Positions 25,305 through 30,664 of a stretch of 30,664 bases of DNA are shown here, in pieces (within the stretch, counting starts at the first letter, position 1; each line of letters opens with the position of its first letter). Source of the DNA: Bacillota bacterium. Lineage in GTDB: Bacteria; Bacillota; Clostridia; Christensenellales; Aristaeellaceae. The stretch lies in contig JAEWWY010000585.1 in the NCBI GenBank assembly GCA_023458835.1, positions 1 through 30,664 on the forward strand, given 5' to 3'. The notes beneath the pieces were generated by a model, which had not been told where the DNA came from, did not search any database, and was given only the letters and a program-made list of their open reading frames with translations. Made by a program: the position numbers and the translations under genes.

Positions 25305-27152
25305 TTACGGCGCAAACCGATGGGAAATAGCAGTCACGACACCATCCGTCAAATCATACTGCAAAACCATGCGGTTGTTTTCTACGGTGTAGCAGGCATA
25401 TTCAATGCTCTTTTGCCCTTCCGGCGTAAGCTTGATGATGCCCGTGCTGTTCCCATCAAAATACAGGCTCCTGCTGCCGTCCTGGCTGTTGGGCTGAAGC
25501 ATATCACGGAATGAAGCGGCAACATCCGTTTCAGTCATCCCGATTTTTGTCCCGCGGGGCGCGGAAAACTTGTCCTGCTTTTGATACACCTCCACCACCA
25601 GCCACTTTTCATCAATGGGTGCCACAACGCAATAACCCCAGCCGTATATCAGTTTGTGGCATTCCCCCGCAATGTTGGGGATGGTTACGGCCTCCTGGGA
25701 TTCCGGCTCCCCGCTTTGCTGGATAAACGCCTCCCGCGTTGTCGCAAGCAGCCTGAAGCCCTGGAACACATCCTCCTCGTTATACATCATGCGGTACTTC
25801 ACGTTGTTGATCTTATATCCCACCTCCATAACGTTGGAGGTTTTGCCAAACTCATTCACCGCGATGGCTTTCAAAGTGACTTTTCCGCCGGGCAAAAGAA
25901 TGGGGTCGCCTGTGTAGCGGGGGGAATTCAAATCAGGGGTTTTGCCATCCAGCGTATAATAAATGGTGATGTCCTTGCCTTTGCCCGAATAGCGCAGCCA
26001 TACGCGCTGCTGGCGCTCATACGTGTCGGGAGGCAGACCGGCCTTAGGCGCGTCGGGGGAGGGCATCACCACGCTGTAGGTCACGTCCAGCGGGTCGCTG
26101 AGCAGGTCTCCGCTGACGCATACGGCCCGCAGCCTGTGCGTACCCTCCTTGAGCTGGATCGGCCCCTCATAGAGCTTGGCATCCTTGGGGATCTCGCCAT
26201 CGCCGATCAGGTACAAAATATCATAAGCCTGGGGCGAAGTGAGATTCACCTGCTGCTCCACGTTGTAACGGCCTGCGGAAAGGTCTGTTTCCGGCATTTT
26301 GGGCAGCGTTTCATCCCGCTGCTGGCGGAAGGATAAAAGGCCTGTTTTTTCATACGCCAGCTTCATCAGTTCCGCCGCCTCGGGGGTACGGCCGGCGGAA
26401 ATCAGCAGGCGGATCTGATTGCGGTAGGCCTCGGGACGCTCGGGGCTGACTTCTTCCAAGAGCCGCACATAGATAGCCTGGGCATCTTCCACTCTCCCGG
26501 CGGCTTCCAGGGCGGACCCCAGGGAAAGAAGCCCGTCCACGTTGTCCGGATTCTTTGCGTTCGCCGTTTCAAAGGCGCCAATGGCGTCATTGACAAGGCC
26601 CCGGTTCATGTATTCAGCGCCTACCTGCCAGTAGGCCTGGGCAGAAGTGTCCTGGCCCATGCGCGCCAATACCATTTGCCCGTTGGGCGTGCGGGTAAGG
26701 TAGAAGATGCCGCCTATGATTCCCAGTAGAAACAGGACGATCGCCAAGGCAAGCACATGCATCCAATTGACCATGTATTTTTTGACCGGATGCATCTTTT
26801 CCTGCCGGATGCGCAGCTTTCGCACCTGGGATTCCGATACCCTGGGGATGCCACGCCTGCTTTGGGGCCGTCCGGCATCCTCCGTAAAGCGCGCCACACC
26901 ACGGCGGCGTTCAGGGTGCCGGTCATCTCTGTACATCTTGGGTACATCCAGCTTGGCATCCCGGCGGGCGGACTCGTCTTTGGGTTCCGTCCGGCTGTTG
27001 CCCGGCAGCGGCTGAACGCCGCTTGCGGCCCGGCCCTGACGGATCCCCCGTATTCCCGGCTCCGGCTGGGGTTTTCTTTTCATCAGCGTGCCGCAGCCTT
27101 CACAGGTGATGGCATCATCCGGCATGTAGGCTCCGCATTTTTCACAAAGCAA
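25305..27152 (-). CDS. Bitopic membrane protein: Zn-ribbon, TM, TPR repeats, two Fn3-associated/chitobiase-C-terminal-like domains
   Basis: TTG start; CEKC-x10-CEGC at the N-terminus; Arg-rich linker; one TM (VLALAIVLFLLGIIGGIFYL); TPR-like helices; repeats 'P...AGRY...V.L...ILY..G...LYEGPI.L..G...LRAV' and 'IYYTLDGKTP...YTGDPI...TLKAIAV'. Confidence 0.8.
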   Translation of the reverse strand: MLCEKCGAYMPDDAITCEGCGTLMKRKPQPEPGIRGIRQGRAASGVQPLPGNSRTEPKDESARRDAKLDVPKMYRDDRHPERRRGVARFTEDAGRPQSRRGIPRVSESQVRKLRIRQEKMHPVKKYMVNWMHVLALAIVLFLLGIIGGIFYLTRTPNGQMVLARMGQDTSAQAYWQVGAEYMNRGLVNDAIGAFETANAKNPDNVDGLLSLGSALEAAGRVEDAQAIYVRLLEEVSPERPEAYRNQIRLLISAGRTPEAAELMKLAYEKTGLLSFRQQRDETLPKMPETDLSAGRYNVEQQVNLTSPQAYDILYLIGDGEIPKDAKLYEGPIQLKEGTHRLRAVCVSGDLLSDPLDVTYSVVMPSPDAPKAGLPPDTYERQQRVWLRYSGKGKDITIYYTLDGKTPDLNSPRYTGDPILLPGGKVTLKAIAVNEFGKTSNVMEVGYKINNVKYRMMYNEEDVFQGFRLLATTREAFIQQSGEPESQEAVTIPNIAGECHKLIYGWGYCVVAPIDEKWLVVEVYQKQDKFSAPRGTKIGMTETDVAASFRDMLQPNSQDGSRSLYFDGNSTGIIKLTPEGQKSIEYACYTVENNRMVLQYDLTDGVVTAISHRFAP

Positions 27153-27173
27153 CGTCCCGCCCCCTTTCTGCGG

Positions 27174-27854
27174 TTATTCCAGAACGGTCCTTGGCCGGTT
27201 GTTCACCGGGCGCCCGTTGATGACCAAGTCAAAGGAACAATTTAAATAGGCGGCTGCCTGTTCGCACATGATGATCCGGGCCAGATAAATCTGCAAATAT
27301 TCCAGTACCGATGATGTGTCGTCCATGGTCAGCTCATGGCGGATGATCCTGTTTTTCCTGTCCACGGTGACATTGTTCTCCAGAATCGAAAAGTTCACCC
27401 GGTCATGCACATCGTCGGGGTCAGGCTTGCCGCCCCGGACCCGGGTTCTGTGGGCATCGCTTTTGTCGCCGATCACAAGCGCGGCGCTCACCGCGCTGGA
27501 GATGGTGCCGCTTTGCTCCTCGTGGTTGCCCACGGCAGTGATGACCTCCATCACGTCGCAGATTTCCAGGCCCGCCTCCCGCAAAAGCGGAAACAGCAAA
27601 ATGGCGCCGTTGGTGCCATGATCCTGGCGGTTGATGGAATTGCCCACATCGTGGACCCAGCCGGCAATGGCGGCCAGCTCGGCCTCCCTGGGAGAATAGC
27701 CAAGCGCTTTCAATACCGCGGAAGCGGTACGGCTGACGTAGCTCACATGCCGCGGGCCGTGGTCCGTATATCCCAGCGCTTCCAGGTACCGGTTGCCCGC
27801 CTTGATCAGCGCCTTGATGTTTTCATTCTGTTTGATGTCCTGTAAGGTGATCAT
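27174..27854 (-). CDS. HD superfamily metal-dependent phosphohydrolase
   Basis: H(GPRH)...HDVGN...DHG...NHEE...DKSD pattern; SD GGAAGGAGG. Confidence 0.9.
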   Translation of the reverse strand: MITLQDIKQNENIKALIKAGNRYLEALGYTDHGPRHVSYVSRTASAVLKALGYSPREAELAAIAGWVHDVGNSINRQDHGTNGAILLFPLLREAGLEICDVMEVITAVGNHEEQSGTISSAVSAALVIGDKSDAHRTRVRGGKPDPDDVHDRVNFSILENNVTVDRKNRIIRHELTMDDTSSVLEYLQIYLARIIMCEQAAAYLNCSFDLVINGRPVNNRPRTVLE

Positions 27855-27923
27855 CCCACACCTCCTTCCATTCGGCCAGCCAATGGTGAAATGGCCTGCT
27901 CCGCGGGCGAACGCAGTTCACCC

Positions 27924-28748
27924 CTACTGCATTTTGAGCATGGCCTCATATCCGGGATCGTCATGGAATTCCCGTTCCGGCGCGTCGCCGCCCAGCCGTT
28001 CGATGGCATTGCGTATCTCAATGAAGTCCAGGTACGGCAGGTTTTGCTCCCCGGCTGCTTGTAAAAGCGCCGGCAGCGCCCGCTCGTCCGCCAGCCGGCC
28101 GAGGTATCCCGCAAACAGCGCCCTGCGCTTTTTTTCCTCCTCAAAAAACTTCAGGGCCAGCAGGAATACGGATTCGTTGCCGGGATAAACGGTCAGCACA
28201 TCCAGAAGCGCCTCCTGCCCCGCCCGGTTGCAGCCATCGATGGCGGCCAGCATATCCGGCACGGCATCGTGGCCCATGGCTGCCAGGCTTTCCAGGGCGT
28301 TGTCGCACAATTCATCCCTCTGGCGGCGGTTTTTCTGCCAGGCAATGTACAGGGCCTTGGGAGCCCCGCTCCCCATTTCCCTAAGGAGGCCCACCGCGGT
28401 CATCCTGGCCTCCAGGGGCATGGAGGCATCCTCCAAAAGCGCCATCAGGCCGGGCTCGCAGCTTTTGCCAAGGTTCAATATCCTTTCCTGGAGCGGGTCC
28501 GGCACGGGCACACGCTTCAGGAAGTATTCCTTCATCCAGCCCACCAGCTCCGCCGGGTCGTCGTACTGTTCAAAAAAAGCTCCGGGTGTCGCGCCGCTTA
28601 ACCAGGATGCGGGGGTGTTCAGAAACCGCAGATAGACCCCGGGCATATCCCCCTCCATGGCCTCCAGGGTTTTGTAATCGCGGCTGTGATCTTTCACCCA
28701 CTGAGATGTATATTCCGCGAAATGCCTGTCAAAGTCGATGCATTTCAT
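27924..28748 (-). CDS. Hypothetical alpha-helical protein with HEAT-like repeats
   Basis: SD GGGAGGGAG; ATGA overlap with upstream gene; repeats such as ARMTAVGLLREMG, ALESLAAMGHDAVPDM, AGYLGRLADERALPAL, NAIERLGG. Confidence 0.75.
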   Translation of the reverse strand: MKCIDFDRHFAEYTSQWVKDHSRDYKTLEAMEGDMPGVYLRFLNTPASWLSGATPGAFFEQYDDPAELVGWMKEYFLKRVPVPDPLQERILNLGKSCEPGLMALLEDASMPLEARMTAVGLLREMGSGAPKALYIAWQKNRRQRDELCDNALESLAAMGHDAVPDMLAAIDGCNRAGQEALLDVLTVYPGNESVFLLALKFFEEEKKRRALFAGYLGRLADERALPALLQAAGEQNLPYLDFIEIRNAIERLGGDAPEREFHDDPGYEAMLKMQ

Positions 28749-30448
28749 GTATTTTCTCCCTCCCCCGGATACAAGGCTTTTGGATTGACTCTTTGAATCC
28801 TGCGGATGACCCTTTGGATCCTGCGAATGGAAATGGGCAATTCCCGCGCTACCGCTTCAAGCTCCTTCACAAAGCCTTCCCGGTACAGGAACAGGATTTC
28901 AAACGCCTTCACCCATTGCAGGCTGTTTTCCCCCGCCGCTTCCTCCCGCATGAATCTTGGCAAAGCCTGGTAAAGCTCCGCCGCAAAGAAGACGGCATCC
29001 CGGCTTTTTCCCCAGCGGCCCGCTTCCTGCAGGAATAATTTCAGAAAGGACCGCCATTGCGGCATACCCCTGAACTCCTTGGGGATGCACTGCACCTGGG
29101 TGATCCGCCGCCGGTACGTGAGCACATACGGCATGGGTTCACCCATGCGATTGAGCAGCAGCACGGCACGCCGCTTCAACTCCTCCGGCATGGCGTCATC
29201 GGTGAGAAGCTCCTTGACCAGGCCGGAAGCCTCTGTACCCACGGCAGCCAGCACGCCCAGCAAGGCGCTTTGCAGCCGGTCATCCGGCAGTGTGAACCCC
29301 CAGCGCACCATTTTTTTTAGGGAGTCATCCTTGCGCCAGCGCTCCTTCAGCAATTCCTCCCCGCCGGATAGCGCCGCGGCGATCAGTTGCAGGCGGCGCT
29401 GGTTTTCCTCCCTGGGAAGAATGGGATGATAGCCCAATGTCTGCCCGCCCGTATCCTCGCCGTTCAGCGCCTTCAGGCAGAGGCTGTGGCCATATTCCGC
29501 CAGCAGGTTGTCCGGATCGATCTGCATGACCCGTAACCACAGTGCCTTCGCTTTTTGATAATGGCCCAGGTTGTAATACGCCACGGCCAGGCTGTGGAGC
29601 GTGCCCGTGCGGAAGGGCGTCCACTGGCTGCGGGCCTGCAAAAACTTCAAGAGCAGCTCCCGCTGGTTGAGCTGGCTGGCCGTATGGCAAAACAGCAATT
29701 CCTCGTAAGGGGAATCGCACCATTTGGCGGCTTCCTGCAAGAGCCCGGCCGCAGCCCGGGGTTTTTTCAGCATCCACAGCGCGCAGCACAGGGAGCAGCG
29801 GGCCTGTACGCTCTGTTTGTCCCTCATGCAGGCCGCCACGGCATGGCGCAGCGCCTCCCTGGGCTTCCCTTCCGACAAAAGGGAAAGGGAAAGCATGGTG
29901 CGGACCCTTGTCATATCCCTGGAAACGCGCAGCGCCCTTTTCAAATGCTCCGTAGCCATATGCGGCTTGTCATCGGCAAAGGCTTTCATCCCCCGGCGGA
30001 TAAGCAATTCCCCCCGGCTGTTGCCCGGGCCAAAGTCCACCCCGGAGAGCATTTCCAGCATGTCCCTGGCTTCCTCGGCATAGGGGCCCTCCGGAGCCAG
30101 GCGCAGATAATGGATCAGCGCGTCCAGCGCCTCCTCGTTTTTTTGCAGGCCGTAATCGTTGCAGGCCAGTCCGTAATAACATTCCGCCAGGTTGGGATCG
30201 CGGCTTAACAGCCCATACAGAAGGCGGCTGGACTGCTCGAAGCACTCCATTTCGCTGAGCGTCTCCGCCAGATCCATTTGAATCTCCACATTGTCCGGCT
30301 CCTGGCGTGCTGCGCTCCGCAAAAGCTCCACCGCTTCGGGAAACCGTAAACTCCGGCGGTTATCCATAGCCCGCCTGTGCCAGTAAGCGGTGGAGCGGGC
30401 AAAGGGCACCACATCTCCGCGGCGGCGGGAAATACTTGCTTCTTTCAT
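28745..30448 (-). CDS. Tetratricopeptide repeat protein
   Basis: Multiple TPR signatures (EAVELLRSAARQEPDN, AECYYGLACND, YLRLAPEG, LHSLAVAYYNLGHYQKAKALWLRVMQIDPDN). Confidence 0.85.
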   Translation of the reverse strand: MKEASISRRRGDVVPFARSTAYWHRRAMDNRRSLRFPEAVELLRSAARQEPDNVEIQMDLAETLSEMECFEQSSRLLYGLLSRDPNLAECYYGLACNDYGLQKNEEALDALIHYLRLAPEGPYAEEARDMLEMLSGVDFGPGNSRGELLIRRGMKAFADDKPHMATEHLKRALRVSRDMTRVRTMLSLSLLSEGKPREALRHAVAACMRDKQSVQARCSLCCALWMLKKPRAAAGLLQEAAKWCDSPYEELLFCHTASQLNQRELLLKFLQARSQWTPFRTGTLHSLAVAYYNLGHYQKAKALWLRVMQIDPDNLLAEYGHSLCLKALNGEDTGGQTLGYHPILPREENQRRLQLIAAALSGGEELLKERWRKDDSLKKMVRWGFTLPDDRLQSALLGVLAAVGTEASGLVKELLTDDAMPEELKRRAVLLLNRMGEPMPYVLTYRRRITQVQCIPKEFRGMPQWRSFLKLFLQEAGRWGKSRDAVFFAAELYQALPRFMREEAAGENSLQWVKAFEILFLYREGFVKELEAVARELPISIRRIQRVIRRIQRVNPKALYPGEGENT

Positions 30449-30485
30449 AGAAAATCTCCGGCGGGGCGTATATTACCCCTTCCTA

Positions 30486-30494
30486 ATTATATCA
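30486..30494 (-). promoter_or_regulatory. Extended -10 promoter for the TPR operon
   Basis: Minus strand TGATATAAT about 40 nt upstream of the TPR start. Confidence 0.6.
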
Positions 30495-30505
30495 CAAGAA
30501 GAAAA

Positions 30506-30664
30506 TCATGGCCGGGAAGCCTGTTTTACAAGCTCCCGAAGCTCATCGGCCGAAAAAGCATATCTGTTGCGGCAAAAATGACAGCTCAATTCCGCTCCGT
30601 GATCCTCCTCCATCAATTGGTTCAATTCCCGTTTGCCCAGCGTTATCAGCGCCCGCTCCATACG
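30506..30664 (-). CDS. hslO: Hsp33 redox-regulated chaperone, C-terminal part only
   Basis: Not in the ORF track. Manual translation: RMERALITLGKRELNQLMEEDHGAELSCHFCRNRYAFSADELRELVKQASRP*, the Hsp33 C-terminus with the CxxC (CHFC) Zn ligand pair. Confidence 0.92.
   Translation of the reverse strand, partial: RMERALITLGKRELNQLMEEDHGAELSCHFCRNRYAFSADELRELVKQASRP

Noticed and set aside
25305..30448. Anti-phage defence system interpretation of the TPR/HD operon
   Set aside because: No nuclease, NTPase, TIR/SIR2 or other effector domain is recognisable, and the context (hslO, spo0A) and composition look like core genome.

Overview
A GC-rich, mostly core-chromosome segment of an endospore-forming Clostridia bacterium (inferred from spo0A, a SipL-type SPOCS-LysM coat protein, a Ger receptor operon and sigmaA/sigmaE/sigmaF-G-type promoters). 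Left to right: partial gltX and glnS (-); alkaline phosphatase and a YibE/F membrane protein (+); AraC regulator (+); processive GT2 glycosyltransferase (-); a coupled minus-strand run of RpiR regulator, HI0933 flavoprotein, DEDDh exonuclease with a Zn-ribbon and a ThrRS-N-terminal/uridine-kinase fusion; surE (-); a Pro-rich hypothetical gene with a sigmaE-like promoter (+); rubrerythrin-VIT1 iron transporter (-); galM (+); ger operon in B-C-A order (-); sipL-like (-); spo0A (-); a four-gene uncharacterised TPR / HEAT-like / HD / Zn-ribbon-TM-TPR-Fn3 operon (-); and the 3' end of hslO (-). I found no CRISPR array, tRNA, rRNA, transposase, integrase or phage gene. The best leads for something undescribed are (i) the uncharacterised four-gene operon located where spoIVB usually precedes spo0A, (ii) the possible RNA/uridine-metabolism module containing an editing-dead ThrRS-domain kinase, and (iii) two intergenic clusters of GNA-loop palindromes (REP/MITE-like). 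All family calls come from motif recognition by eye; no database searches were run.
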